A stretch of 64,000 nucleotides of DNA from Segatella copri (GCA_021623045.1 JAJWJX010000003.1:29995-93994), one strand, 5' to 3'; positions 32,556-41,551 are shown, counted from the first letter of the stretch. Program-made: numbers and translations. Notes: a model not told the origin generated them from the sequence alone.

Positions 32556-33863
32556 TTACCTTTTATACCCCGCCAGCTTTTTCAGGCAGTATTCCTTAAA
32601 GTCATTCCAGTGGTAATAAGGTGCCACATCGCTCTTGATAGGCAAAGTAGCCTCATCTTCATTCAAAAGCACCTTCACCAGCACATCATTCGCCTTGTTT
32701 CTATAAAAAACAAACTGCAAATTCGTAGCCATCGGAGTAATCTTATAATCCCACCATTGAGAAGCAATCTTCTCCGGATCCTTAATCTCTTCGCCATATC
32801 CATTCAAATCCAGCAAACAGGTAAGCGGAGTAACCATCGTATCGTGTCCATATCTCAATGTAGCTCCCGGATGCGGCAAGGCGATGCAGCTATCCGCCTT
32901 CTGGATGATGTTTCTCAAGAGATTGCGCTGGGAGAACGGCTGCACATTGCCCGTATAAGGCGAGTTGCCGTAAGCCATCTGCCACCAGATGTTGGCATTC
33001 AGCCAGTTCTGATACAGTTCCTCCTCCGTAAAGAGGTCATAGAGCGAAACCTTGCCTCTCAGTTCCGTGCCTTGGATTGAGCTTGCCATCTCATAAAGTT
33101 TTCTGTTCAGGTCACTCTGGTTGATATTCTGCTTCACCCAGGCAGGGTCGTTGAACAGTTCCTGCATCACACGGCTATAGCTAACGTGCTTCTGTGCAAA
33201 TTCCTGCTGTGCCACCTTGATACCCACGCTATGCTTCAAGCTATCCAGGTATCTGTCGCCTTGGTTCATATAATACATATCATGCTCGCTGGCATCATGG
33301 AAGATATGAAGTTTCGGATTGATACGCAGCATCTGCTGCAAACCGTTCTCCATAGAGAGGATGCATCGGATAACCAAGGTGCTTCGAGCCTCGATATTCG
33401 TATTACCGGCAAAAATCTCAGGGAATCGCTCCATCATTCTTTTGGTGATACCCTGATGCTGGAGAGCTCCGAGCGGAGTCAGTTCGCCATCGCGCCCCTT
33501 CGCCTCCTCGCGAATCAGCTTCACCTTAGCCAGCGTTTCCTCGCCCTTAGCAGTCAGTTTGCCCTCCTGCTTCGCTTTGAGCAGAGAGAAATAAGGCACA
33601 TCATAAGCCTTCTTGCCTATCATATAGCGGGAACCATGCCGGCCATAATGGCTCAGATAGAATGGCTTATAACCTTTAGGAGCTGCAGTCAACTGCTTCT
33701 GAGGACCACGATAAGCTACATAGTTACTACCCGAGAGCGTAATATCCCGCTTGAAATCCTCCTGCGGAGTCTGTGCAGCCAGAGGCATCGTCAATGTAAG
33801 AGATGCCAACAATAATAGATTTTTTGTGTTCATTGTTATCATATAATTTTGTTTGGGAAACAT
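32556..33863 (-). CDS. Histidine acid phosphatase family protein (MINPP/phytase-like), secreted
   Basis: RHGSRY catalytic motif (LSHYGRHGSRYM) and a downstream HD (YGHDTM). The signal peptide suggests the true start may be ATG 33833 (MNTKNLLLLASL). Confidence 0.8.
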   Translation of the reverse strand: MFPKQNYMITMNTKNLLLLASLTLTMPLAAQTPQEDFKRDITLSGSNYVAYRGPQKQLTAAPKGYKPFYLSHYGRHGSRYMIGKKAYDVPYFSLLKAKQEGKLTAKGEETLAKVKLIREEAKGRDGELTPLGALQHQGITKRMMERFPEIFAGNTNIEARSTLVIRCILSMENGLQQMLRINPKLHIFHDASEHDMYYMNQGDRYLDSLKHSVGIKVAQQEFAQKHVSYSRVMQELFNDPAWVKQNINQSDLNRKLYEMASSIQGTELRGKVSLYDLFTEEELYQNWLNANIWWQMAYGNSPYTGNVQPFSQRNLLRNIIQKADSCIALPHPGATLRYGHDTMVTPLTCLLDLNGYGEEIKDPEKIASQWWDYKITPMATNLQFVFYRNKANDVLVKVLLNEDEATLPIKSDVAPYYHWNDFKEYCLKKLAGYKR

Positions 33864-33873
33864 GCTGTCTCAT

Positions 33874-34989
33874 TTAATTCCAATTCATCAGTTTTCTCAG
33901 GAACGGAAGCAATTCTGCTGCCATCTTCCGATGCTGCAACATACTAGGATGCCAGCTGGCGCCATAACCTAAATCTCCTTTCTGGAAACTGAAATCGAAA
34001 CGGTAAACATTCTTATCGGTTTTATTGGCATCGGCACAGATTCTATCAAGCACAATTCGCTGCTTGCTACTCTCCTTCTCGCCGAGCATCGGACCTGTCA
34101 ACATCACAATCTTTGCATGAGGATACTTGCTGCGTACCGTTTTAAGAAACATGCGATAGTTCTTCTCGTAGAGTTGAATATCATAATTCTTGGTAGAAAG
34201 ATCGTTAGTACCCAGATTGATACAGACTAACTGAGGCTGATACTTGGCAAAATCCCATTTTTCATCATGCTGGTCGAATAAGGTATATTCATATTGCCAA
34301 GGCATGTTATCGGCATCACCTGTCTTCGGACCATTATAATTACGATATACACCGATACCACTACGGGAGATAGAAGTATGCTGAGCCTTCAGACTGTCAC
34401 TTACGATATTGGCATAAGTAAGCCAATGGTTCTCCGTTTCATCTTCAAAAGGATCAGACATGTTGATACTTTCTACGCCATAACCGCAGGTGATGGAGTT
34501 TCCGATAAATTCAATCTTCCGTTTCGGAAGAGCCGGAGCCTCAACGAGATGACATCCCTTATCAAGAACGAATCCCCTGAATTCCGGTTTGCGGAACAAG
34601 CCTTCTATCACATACATCACCTTAGCATGATGCACGCCCTTTGGCAAAGCCGCAGCCAGGGTAACAACCGAATCACGTTCGGCATTAAAGCCCACTTTGA
34701 AAGGTTCGCAACCATCAATCTGCGCCATGAAATATCCAGTCTTCGGGCGACACAGCATTTTCAGAGAAGAACCTTGAAAACTAGCCTCAATCGTAGTTCC
34801 CGGATAATTGAAACTGGCTACGTCAGGATTCTTAGCAAAGCTCACACGCCCAACATACTGAATCATCGGATGAGAAGCCTTTACGATCTCTCCCCCAATA
34901 GGAAGAGTAGTTGATTTCTTCACATTTCCAGCCATCATCGTGGAAGAAACCATCAATGTAGCCAGCATCATAACCCATATTTTTTTCAT
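33874..34989 (-). CDS. SGNH/GDSL hydrolase with an N-terminal beta-sandwich (CE2-like carbohydrate esterase)
   Basis: Block I FIGNSITCGYG and block III LGTNDL. Signal peptide; 371 aa. Confidence 0.8.
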   Translation of the reverse strand: MKKIWVMMLATLMVSSTMMAGNVKKSTTLPIGGEIVKASHPMIQYVGRVSFAKNPDVASFNYPGTTIEASFQGSSLKMLCRPKTGYFMAQIDGCEPFKVGFNAERDSVVTLAAALPKGVHHAKVMYVIEGLFRKPEFRGFVLDKGCHLVEAPALPKRKIEFIGNSITCGYGVESINMSDPFEDETENHWLTYANIVSDSLKAQHTSISRSGIGVYRNYNGPKTGDADNMPWQYEYTLFDQHDEKWDFAKYQPQLVCINLGTNDLSTKNYDIQLYEKNYRMFLKTVRSKYPHAKIVMLTGPMLGEKESSKQRIVLDRICADANKTDKNVYRFDFSFQKGDLGYGASWHPSMLQHRKMAAELLPFLRKLMNWN

Positions 34990-35069
34990 ATTCCTGTTAT
35001 TTAGTTTTTATCTGTCCTTACCATTCAGCCTTCATTTTTGCAAAGTAAAGCCAAAATGGTATCTGTTTG

Positions 35070-35077
35070 CAAAATTA
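35070..35077 (-). promoter_or_regulatory. -7 box TAATTTTG (minus strand) for the esterase-phosphatase operon
   Basis: Plus strand reads CAAAATTA, ~80 nt upstream of ATG 34989. Confidence 0.5.
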
Positions 35078-35151
35078 CCATTATTTCTCGTAAAAAGCAA
35101 GTAAAACCATCATTTTTTTCATTTTTATTCTTTTTATTCAAATTATTATTG

Positions 35152-35159
35152 TATCTTTG
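35152..35159 (+). promoter_or_regulatory. -7 box TATCTTTG for tRNA-Leu
   Basis: Ends 12 nt before tRNA position 1. Confidence 0.6.
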
Positions 35160-35170
35160 CACCCAAGAAT

Positions 35171-35252
35171 GCGCTTGTGGCGAAATTGGTAGACGCGCTA
35201 GACTTAGGATCTAGTGGTTTAGGCCGTGTAGGTTCGAGTCCTATCAGGCGCA
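35171..35252 (+). tRNA. tRNA-Leu (anticodon UAG), class II with a long variable arm
   Basis: Hand-folded cloverleaf: acceptor GCGCTTG/CAGGCGC (one G-U pair), D arm GCG/CGC with GG in the loop, anticodon stem CTAGA/TCTAG with loop CTTAGGA, and T loop TTCGAGT. CCA is not encoded. Confidence 0.9.
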
Positions 35253-35258
35253 CCGAAG

Positions 35259-35300
35259 AAAATCCTAACTACTTGATTATAAGCGGTTAGGATTTTTTCT
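35259..35300 (+). terminator. Rho-independent terminator after tRNA-Leu
   Basis: AAAATCCTAAC pairs with GTTAGGATTTT, followed by a T-run. Confidence 0.8.
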
Positions 35301-35419
35301 TTTCTATTTTTGGCAACATTTTGGCAACATATTTCAATGCTAATCTATAGTAACAGCCAAAAGCAAGGTATCATTTCACATACTTTCACACTATTTCTTG
35401 TGATTACACATCGAAAGAT

Positions 35420-35796
35420 TTGATTTCTCGCTATCCAGATGATCGTGGCTATTCCATACGTAATCTGCGATATATGAAACGCTTTGCATCTGAATATCCA
35501 GACTTTCCAATTTGGCAAGTGCCACTTGCCAAATTAAAGGAACTGCCAATTTTGCAAGTGACACTTGCAAAATTAGAGAGTGAAGGCAAGGAGTTTGTTC
35601 AAGTACCACTAGCACAAATATCTTGGTATCACCATATTTCCCTGTTATCCAAGGTAAAAAACGAATTACCCAACCTATGGGAATTGCACAATACGAAACA
35701 GAAAAACTCTTTGCTGATGTTGCATCGGCATTGCCACAGATTGAGGAAATAGAGGAGAAGCTTGAAAAATCAGAGGAAAAATCGGATAAAGAGTAA
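35420..35796 (+). pseudogene. Remnant of a DUF1016/YhcG-type PD-(D/E)XK nuclease gene: N-terminally truncated, internal deletion plus frameshift
   Basis: One frame reads GYSIRNLRYMKRFASEYPDF...ISWYHHISLLSKVK (DUF1016 N-domain). A different frame reads PMGIAQYETEKLFADVASALPQIEEIEEKL-stop (the typical family C-terminus). The nuclease core is missing. Confidence 0.65.
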
Positions 35797-35799
35797 TAC

Positions 35800-35828
35800 A
35801 TGGTTATTTCCATTTTGGAAATAACCAT
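35800..35828. terminator. Hairpin between the nuclease remnant (+) and the tex operon (-)
   Basis: Perfect 12-bp arms ATGGTTATTTCC and GGAAATAACCAT. No clear T-run. Confidence 0.4.
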
Positions 35829-35874
35829 AATATATATAGGAATAACACAGAAAATACAAAGCAGAGAAAGAGCC

Positions 35875-36159
35875 CTACATCATCCCCTCCAGTTTTTCCT
35901 GTGCCTCGCGCATATCTTTTTCAAAATTCACATGGTCTAGAAGAAATTCCTTTCTGCCTTGAGAAAGGAGAAGATAGAGCTGCGGATTCATGCCCTCTAC
36001 ATACTGGGCGATGGCATACTCTATATCATCACGCTGCGTAGGATTGGTGGAAAATTCAAAAACCCTGAGCTTCTGATGAATAAAGCAATATGCCGACTCT
36101 ATACTATCTCTGGTGATGCCCCCTGCCAAGAGAGCATCACCATTATTATTCTGATTCAT
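35875..36159 (-). CDS. Hypothetical protein, 94 aa, 14 nt downstream of tex
   Basis: ATG start and coding-like composition; likely co-transcribed with tex. No family recognised. Confidence 0.6.
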   Translation of the reverse strand: MNQNNNGDALLAGGITRDSIESAYCFIHQKLRVFEFSTNPTQRDDIEYAIAQYVEGMNPQLYLLLSQGRKEFLLDHVNFEKDMREAQEKLEGMM

Positions 36160-36173
36160 TCTGAATATCCTTT

Positions 36174-38306
36174 CTATTTCACGCCCTTCATCGACAAGGC
36201 GATGCGCTTGCGCTTCAAATCTACTTCTGCCACTCTCACCATCACATGTTCATGAAGCTTTACCACCTCAGAAGGATCCTGAATGTAACGGTTTGACATC
36301 TGAGATACATGAACCAGACCATCGTTGTGGACACCTATATCTACAAAGGCACCAAACTTGGTAATGTTGGTAACAATGCCCGGCACAACCATGCCCACCT
36401 GCAAATCCTCTATCTCCTTAATGCTGGCATCAAACTCAAACTTCTCCACCTCACCACGAGGATCCAAGCCCGGCTTGTCAAGCTCAGCCATGATATCGGT
36501 CAAAGTAGGCATACCCACCTCGGCACTCACATATTTTCTGATATCAATCTTCTTCTGCAGCGCCTTGTCTTCTACCAGCTGCTTCACCGTTACGCCCTGA
36601 TCTTTTGCCATCTGCTCTACCAGCGCATAGCGCTCCGGATGAACGGCACTGTTATCCAAAGGATTCTTAGCGCCTGGAATGCGGAGGAAGCCGGCACACT
36701 GCTCAAAGGCCGAAGGACCCAGACGTGGCACCTTCTTCAACTGGGCACGGGAAGCGAAGGCTCCATTCTCGCGGCGATATTCCACGATGTTCTTGGCAAG
36801 CGTAGGTCCCAAACCGCTCACATAGGTCAGCAGATGCTGCGATGCGGTATTCAGGTTGACACCCACCGAGTTCACGCAGCTCATCACCACCGTATCCAGA
36901 CTCTTCTTCAGCTGAGTCTGATCCACATCATGCTGATACTGTCCCACACCGATGCTCTTCGGATCAATCTTCACCAACTCAGCAAGCGGATCCATCAGTC
37001 TTCGTCCGATGCTCACAGCACCACGCACGGTAACATCCTCATCCGGGAACTCATCTCTTGCAATCTTCGAAGCCGAATAGATAGAAGCGCCATCCTCGCT
37101 CACCACATAGATATCCACAGGATGAACGAAATCGATGCTATGCAGCCAGTCGCTGGTTTCGCGGCTTGCCGTACCGTTACCTACAGCCATTGCCTCCACC
37201 TGATACATCTTAACCATGCGCTGGATGGCAGCCGTAGCCTCGCTCTTCCTGTTGCGGGGAGGATGAGGATAAACAATTTCATGATGAATCAGATTGCCCT
37301 GCGCATCAAGACAGCAAGTCTTGCAACCATTGGCAAAACCCGGGTCAACCGCCATCACGCGTTTCTGTCCGAGAGGAGCCGCCAACAGAAGCTGGCGCAG
37401 GTTTTCGGCGAAGACCACAATAGCCTCCTCATCCGCCTTCTGCTTACTGAGCGCAGCAAATTCGGTTTCAATGCTAGGCTTCAGCAGTCGCTTAAAGGCA
37501 TCATCCACCGCTTCGCCCACCAGCGTCTGGCACTCACCGAAACCATGTACATAGTGACGCTTCAGTTTATCCTGACACTGCTCATCATCAGCCGAGATGC
37601 TGACGCGCAAGAATCCTGCCGCCTCGCCTCTACGCATAGCCAGCAGTCGGTGCGAAGAACATTTCTTCAATGGTTCAGAGAAATCGAAATAGTCGGAGAA
37701 GCGCTGCGCCTCTTCCTCATCCTTCTTCTTGGCTACCACCTTAGAAGTGATGATGGCACCGCGTCTGAACTCGCCGCGAATCTGATTGCGGCTCTGCTCA
37801 TTCTCGCTTACGGTTTCGGCGATGATGTCCTTGGCTCCCTGAAGTGCAGCCTCCACATCTTTCACCTTATCGCCCACAAACTTCCTGGCAGCCTGCTCCG
37901 GATTGCGCTCACGCTGGAAGAGGAGCAGCTGTGCCAGAGGCTCCAAGCCTGCCTCACGTGCTATCTGTGCACGGGTGCGGCGCTTTGGCTTATAAGGAAG
38001 ATAGATGTCTTCCAGTTCGGTGGCATCCCAGCACTGTTCGATGCGTTTTTTCAGTTCATCCGAGAGTTTTCCCTGTTCCTCGATGGTTTTGAGGATAGTC
38101 TCCTTTCTCTTCGCCATCTCAGAGAGTTTCTCGTTAGCCTGTGCGATGGCTTCAATGTTTACCTCGTCCATATTACCGGTTTTCTCCTTGCGGTATCGCG
38201 AGATAAACGGAATGGTGCAGCCCTCTTCGAGCAGCGCCAGAGTATTTTCTACAGCCTGCTCCTTCAGATTGAGCTGGGCTGCTATCAGCTTTGTAAATTG
38301 ATTCAT
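36174..38306 (-). CDS. tex: Tex-like RNA-binding transcriptional accessory protein (YqgF/HhH/S1 domains)
   Basis: N-terminus TIPFISRYRKE and a C-terminal S1 domain (GIVTNITKFGAFVDIGVHNDGLVHVSQM). 710 aa. Confidence 0.95.
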   Translation of the reverse strand: MNQFTKLIAAQLNLKEQAVENTLALLEEGCTIPFISRYRKEKTGNMDEVNIEAIAQANEKLSEMAKRKETILKTIEEQGKLSDELKKRIEQCWDATELEDIYLPYKPKRRTRAQIAREAGLEPLAQLLLFQRERNPEQAARKFVGDKVKDVEAALQGAKDIIAETVSENEQSRNQIRGEFRRGAIITSKVVAKKKDEEEAQRFSDYFDFSEPLKKCSSHRLLAMRRGEAAGFLRVSISADDEQCQDKLKRHYVHGFGECQTLVGEAVDDAFKRLLKPSIETEFAALSKQKADEEAIVVFAENLRQLLLAAPLGQKRVMAVDPGFANGCKTCCLDAQGNLIHHEIVYPHPPRNRKSEATAAIQRMVKMYQVEAMAVGNGTASRETSDWLHSIDFVHPVDIYVVSEDGASIYSASKIARDEFPDEDVTVRGAVSIGRRLMDPLAELVKIDPKSIGVGQYQHDVDQTQLKKSLDTVVMSCVNSVGVNLNTASQHLLTYVSGLGPTLAKNIVEYRRENGAFASRAQLKKVPRLGPSAFEQCAGFLRIPGAKNPLDNSAVHPERYALVEQMAKDQGVTVKQLVEDKALQKKIDIRKYVSAEVGMPTLTDIMAELDKPGLDPRGEVEKFEFDASIKEIEDLQVGMVVPGIVTNITKFGAFVDIGVHNDGLVHVSQMSNRYIQDPSEVVKLHEHVMVRVAEVDLKRKRIALSMKGVK

Positions 38307-38347
38307 TTATGATATTTATAAAATAAGATTCAAACTATTTGTTCATG

Positions 38348-38355
38348 CAAAGATA
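38348..38355 (-). promoter_or_regulatory. -7 box TATCTTTG (minus strand) for tex
   Basis: Plus strand reads CAAAGATA, 42 nt upstream of ATG 38306. Confidence 0.55.
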
Positions 38356-38543
38356 GAGAAAAAAGTTGGTTTGCCCAAATATTCCCTCATATTATTTGGC
38401 GGTTTCACTAAAAAATCGTAGCTTTGCAGCAGAAATAGCTTTAGATACATTCTGCATGCCTACTTTTCTTGATTTACATCAACAATACGGCTTGTTTTGC
38501 AAGAAAAACTGAGAAATAGTTTTGAGTTTCAAGTTATTTCCTA

Positions 38544-38551
38544 TATCTTTG
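38544..38551 (+). promoter_or_regulatory. -7 box TATCTTTG for the beta-barrel OMP gene
   Basis: Exact TAnnTTTG match ~120 nt before ATG 38672. Another box, TAGCTTTG, lies at 38419-38426. Confidence 0.5.
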
Positions 38552-38671
38552 CGCCGAATTAGAGAGTGCAGGGCATGTCTGGGATGTGCTTTGCTATCAT
38601 AAATAAAGGGGCTGAAAAGCTACCTGATTAGAGTGCTAAAAGAAAGTAATAATTAAAAGAAAAGATTGATT

Positions 38672-39205
38672 ATGAAGAAGATTATGTTGAGCCTTGCTAT
38701 GGCTCTCGTTTCAGTTTGCGCTAGCGCACAGGTTTACATCGGTGGTACAGCTGGTATTTCCAGCAACAAGATCGGTGATGGTGACAGCAAGACAGCTTAC
38801 ACCTTGATGCCAGAGATTGGTTACCAGTTCAACAACAAGTGGGAAGCAGGTCTCGAGATCGGTATCAAGAAGGGCGATGTTTGCGAACTCAGAGCAGTAC
38901 CAGAAGCAACAACATTCATTGTAGCTCCTTACGTACGTTACACAGCCGTAGAAACCAAGTTGGTTAACCTCTTCGTTGAGGGTACAATCGGTTACGGCAG
39001 CGTCAGCAAGGGCGGTGGCGATTCTTACGAGGTAGGCATCAAGCCAGGTTTGGCAGTTAAGCTTTCAGACCACGTAAACTTCATCACAAAGGTAGGTTTC
39101 CTCGGTTACAGAGGTTATTCTCCTGACCATGGTGACAACTGGTCAACATTCGGACTTAACGTAGATGCGAGCAACATTTCATTTGGTGCTATCTACAAGT
39201 TCTAA
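38672..39205 (+). CDS. Small outer-membrane beta-barrel protein (OmpW/porin-like)
   Basis: Signal peptide ending ASAQ, alternating beta-strand pattern and a C-terminal YKF. The ORF-track start 38666 is a TTG; the ATG at 38672 (MKKIML) is preferred. Confidence 0.8.
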   Translation: MKKIMLSLAMALVSVCASAQVYIGGTAGISSNKIGDGDSKTAYTLMPEIGYQFNNKWEAGLEIGIKKGDVCELRAVPEATTFIVAPYVRYTAVETKLVNLFVEGTIGYGSVSKGGGDSYEVGIKPGLAVKLSDHVNFITKVGFLGYRGYSPDHGDNWSTFGLNVDASNISFGAIYKF

Positions 39206-39242
39206 TCTTAGGGTGCTCATTTACTCATAAGCAATAATATCA

Positions 39243-39290
39243 GGGGCGCAAGCGATTCCTTTCATGGAAACAGCTTGCGCCCCATTTTTT
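39243..39290 (+). terminator. Rho-independent terminator after the OMP gene
   Basis: GGGGCGCAAGC pairs with GCTTGCGCCCC, followed by A and a T6 run. Confidence 0.85.
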
Positions 39291-39311
39291 ATCTGCAAGC
39301 GAACACGCTTT

Positions 39312-39826
39312 TACTCTTCACTCTTCACCTTTCCTTCGGAAACCCCTGTGTTTATCGGCATTCCGAGGGGTGAAGAGTTTGCAGCGACTCTTCACCCACT
39401 CTTCACCACTCTTCACCGATTCCAAAGACCAACAGGCGTAAATTGCAGCGCAAGACCGCTAGGTGTTAAGGAGAGATGCAAGACCGCCAAGCGTCTCTAA
39501 GGAGGGTGTGTCATAAGTCTGAATAACAGTTGGCGCATAACAGTTGACCATCGCATGCACATCACCTGTTGTGCATGCGCATATCAGCTGTTATGCAAGC
39601 GCACAACAGCTGTTGTGCGACCGAAGATACTGGCTGTTTCAACAACATATCCTAACTCTTCCTACAACAAGAAGAGGGTGAATCATAAACTTATGACACA
39701 CCCTCCGCCGAACCAGCCAGGGTGAAGAGTGGTGAAGAGTGGGTGAAGAGTGTCCAAGAACTCTTCACCCCTCGAAACGCCCATAAACACTGGGGATTCC
39801 GAAGGAAAGGTGAAGAGTGAAGAGTA
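39312..39826. repeat. 515-bp nested palindromic element with 106-bp inverted arms built of CTCTTCAC words
   Basis: Arms 39312-39417 and 39721-39826 match at ~95 of 106 positions. Inner perfect 18-bp inverted repeat GGAGGGTGTGTCATAAGT (39501-39518) and its complement (39689-39706). The core is packed with AACAGYYG/CAGCTGTT palindromes. Confidence 0.9.
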
Positions 39827-39906
39827 TTTCCTTATCCCTTACTTACAACATTTTTACAGGCATTTACGCTGACTGTTGCAGTAGAACAGCCAACTAGCGA
39901 GCGTAC

Positions 39907-40030
39907 GGCTAGTCAGCTGTTCTTCATTCGCCAGTACACTATTTCCGGTTAACAGCCAACTTATTCCTCGGCAAAATATTCTTCCATAACTAGACAATAA
40001 ACGCTACATACTGATAAAAATCTCTGGCAA
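39907..40030 (+). repeat. Leader repeat, copy A (upstream of ATPase gene 1)
   Basis: About 123 bp with roughly 90% identity by eye to 41729-41851 (GGCTAGTCAGCTGTTCTTCATTCGCC...CTACATACTGATAAAAA). Confidence 0.85.
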
Positions 40031-40082
40031 TTATTAGAAATAAGGGTAAAGGAACAAGAACAGATTATAAAAACACTTTTTA

Positions 40083-40177
40083 CAGCAGAAAAATGCGTAT
40101 TTACGCAAAAATCTTTTGTAAATTCATCAAAAAAGCGTATCTTTGCAGCAGAAAAATGCGTATTTACGCAAAAATCT
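40083..40177 (+). promoter_or_regulatory. Two perfect 32-nt direct repeats bracketing the ATPase-1 promoter, each with the palindrome TGCGTA-TT-TACGCA
   Basis: CAGCAGAAAAATGCGTATTTACGCAAAAATCT at 40083-40114 and 40146-40177. The -7 box TATCTTTG lies at 40138-40145. Confidence 0.6.
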
Positions 40178-40211
40178 AACGTAAAATTAAATCAATATAT
40201 TTAGATAGATT

Positions 40212-41453
40212 ATGATCATCGAACGCAAAAGATACATACAGCAACTGCTCAATAGCAGACACAATGGACTGGTAAAAATCATCACCGGTATTAGAAGATG
40301 CGGAAAGTCTTTCCTGCTATTCAACTTATTCAAGAGACAACTCAAACTAGATGGTGTAGACAAAGAGCACATCATAGAAATGGCTTTTGATGACTTTGGC
40401 AATAAGGTATATCGCGACCCTGATAAGTTCTACCAGTATGTAAAGAGCCTCATCAAGGACGGTAGGATGTACTATATCCTTTTGGACGAGGTGCAGATGC
40501 TGAAAGATTTTGAGGATGTTCTGAATGGATTGCTCCATATCCCCAATGCTGACGTATATGTTACAGGCAGCAACGCCAAGTTCTTGTCAAAGGACATCAT
40601 TACCGAGTTCAGAGGTCGAGGCTACCAGATTCATATTTCACCACTCAGTTTCTCCGAATTCATGTCTGTCTACCAAGGCAGCCAAGAGAGCGGTTGGGTA
40701 GAATATCTACAATATGGCGGACTGCCACCTGTCATCCTACAACCTACAGATGAAGATAAGATTAGGGTACTTAAAGACCTTTGGCAAGAAACTTACTTGA
40801 TTGACATTCTTAACAGAAATCGCATCAAGAACAATGCTGAGCTAGAAGAACTTCTCTGTATGTTATCATCTGGCATAGGAGGACTGGTAAATCCTCAAAA
40901 ACTATCGAATACATTCAAGACCAACAAAAATATATCCATTGGCTCTACCACTCTGAAAACATACATCGATTATTGCTCAGATGCCTTTCTTATAGAGGAA
41001 GCCAAGAGATACGACGTGAAGGGAAGAAAATATATCGGTACTCCTATGAAGTATTACTTCACCGACTTAGGACTGCGCAATGCACTCATCAATTTTCGCC
41101 AAATAGAGAAGACCCATCTCATGGAGAATGCGATATATTGCGAGCTGAGAAGACAGGGATTCAATGTGGATGTAGGCGTGGTAACAGTGAATGGAAAAGA
41201 CGAAAACGGCACTAGTTATCGCAAACAACTAGAGGTAGACTTCGTGTGCAACAAGGGCAGTCGCCGATGCTATATCCAGTCGGCCCTCAGCCTGCCATCG
41301 CAAGACAAGATAGAGCAAGAAATCAACTCATTGCGCCGCATAGATGATGGTTTCGAGCGAATCGTCATTGTGGGCGAAAGCCTCATCAGCAACCGTGATG
41401 CAAATGGTATACTCTTCATGAGCATCTATGATTTCATGCTGAATGACTTATAA
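40212..41453 (+). CDS. P-loop ATPase of the AAA_14 + DUF4143 type (ATPase fused to a nuclease-like C-terminal domain)
   Basis: Walker A GIRRCGKS, Walker B YILLDEVQ, VTGSNA, and a C-terminal EVDFV...YIQS block. 413 aa. Confidence 0.85.
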   Translation: MIIERKRYIQQLLNSRHNGLVKIITGIRRCGKSFLLFNLFKRQLKLDGVDKEHIIEMAFDDFGNKVYRDPDKFYQYVKSLIKDGRMYYILLDEVQMLKDFEDVLNGLLHIPNADVYVTGSNAKFLSKDIITEFRGRGYQIHISPLSFSEFMSVYQGSQESGWVEYLQYGGLPPVILQPTDEDKIRVLKDLWQETYLIDILNRNRIKNNAELEELLCMLSSGIGGLVNPQKLSNTFKTNKNISIGSTTLKTYIDYCSDAFLIEEAKRYDVKGRKYIGTPMKYYFTDLGLRNALINFRQIEKTHLMENAIYCELRRQGFNVDVGVVTVNGKDENGTSYRKQLEVDFVCNKGSRRCYIQSALSLPSQDKIEQEINSLRRIDDGFERIVIVGESLISNRDANGILFMSIYDFMLNDL

Positions 41454-41518
41454 TCATCGACTATAAAAAAAAGGCTCCCTCACCATATCCCATGGCAAGG
41501 AAGCCTAAAATTATGAGA

Positions 41519-41551
41519 GAAGTTCCTCACGAAGAGGAACTTCTTTTGTTT
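41519..41551 (+). terminator. Rho-independent terminator after ATPase gene 1
   Basis: GAAGTTCCTC pairs with GAGGAACTTC, followed by TTTTGTTT. Confidence 0.8.

Noticed and set aside
36309-38312. 667-aa plus-strand ORF
   Set aside because: It lies exactly antisense to tex. Its translation is H/L/R/Q-rich with no recognisable motif, while the minus strand encodes a full-length Tex with an S1 domain.
38419-38480. Small RNA driven by the TAGCTTTG box upstream of the OMP gene
   Set aside because: Only a weak 6-bp stem (GCAGAA/TTCTGC) and a short T-rich stretch follow. The evidence is too thin to call.
39264-39500. 78-aa plus-strand ORF
   Set aside because: It lies entirely within the left arm and core of the 515-bp palindromic element. 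Its reading frame is a by-product of the CTCTTCAC word repeats.
39501-39706. Invertible promoter (inverton) bounded by the perfect 18-bp inverted repeats
   Set aside because: I found no TAnnTTTG or CAAAnnTA box inside the 170-bp segment, and there is no recombinase gene in the window. The architecture alone is insufficient, so it is kept only as a testable option under the palindromic-element finding.
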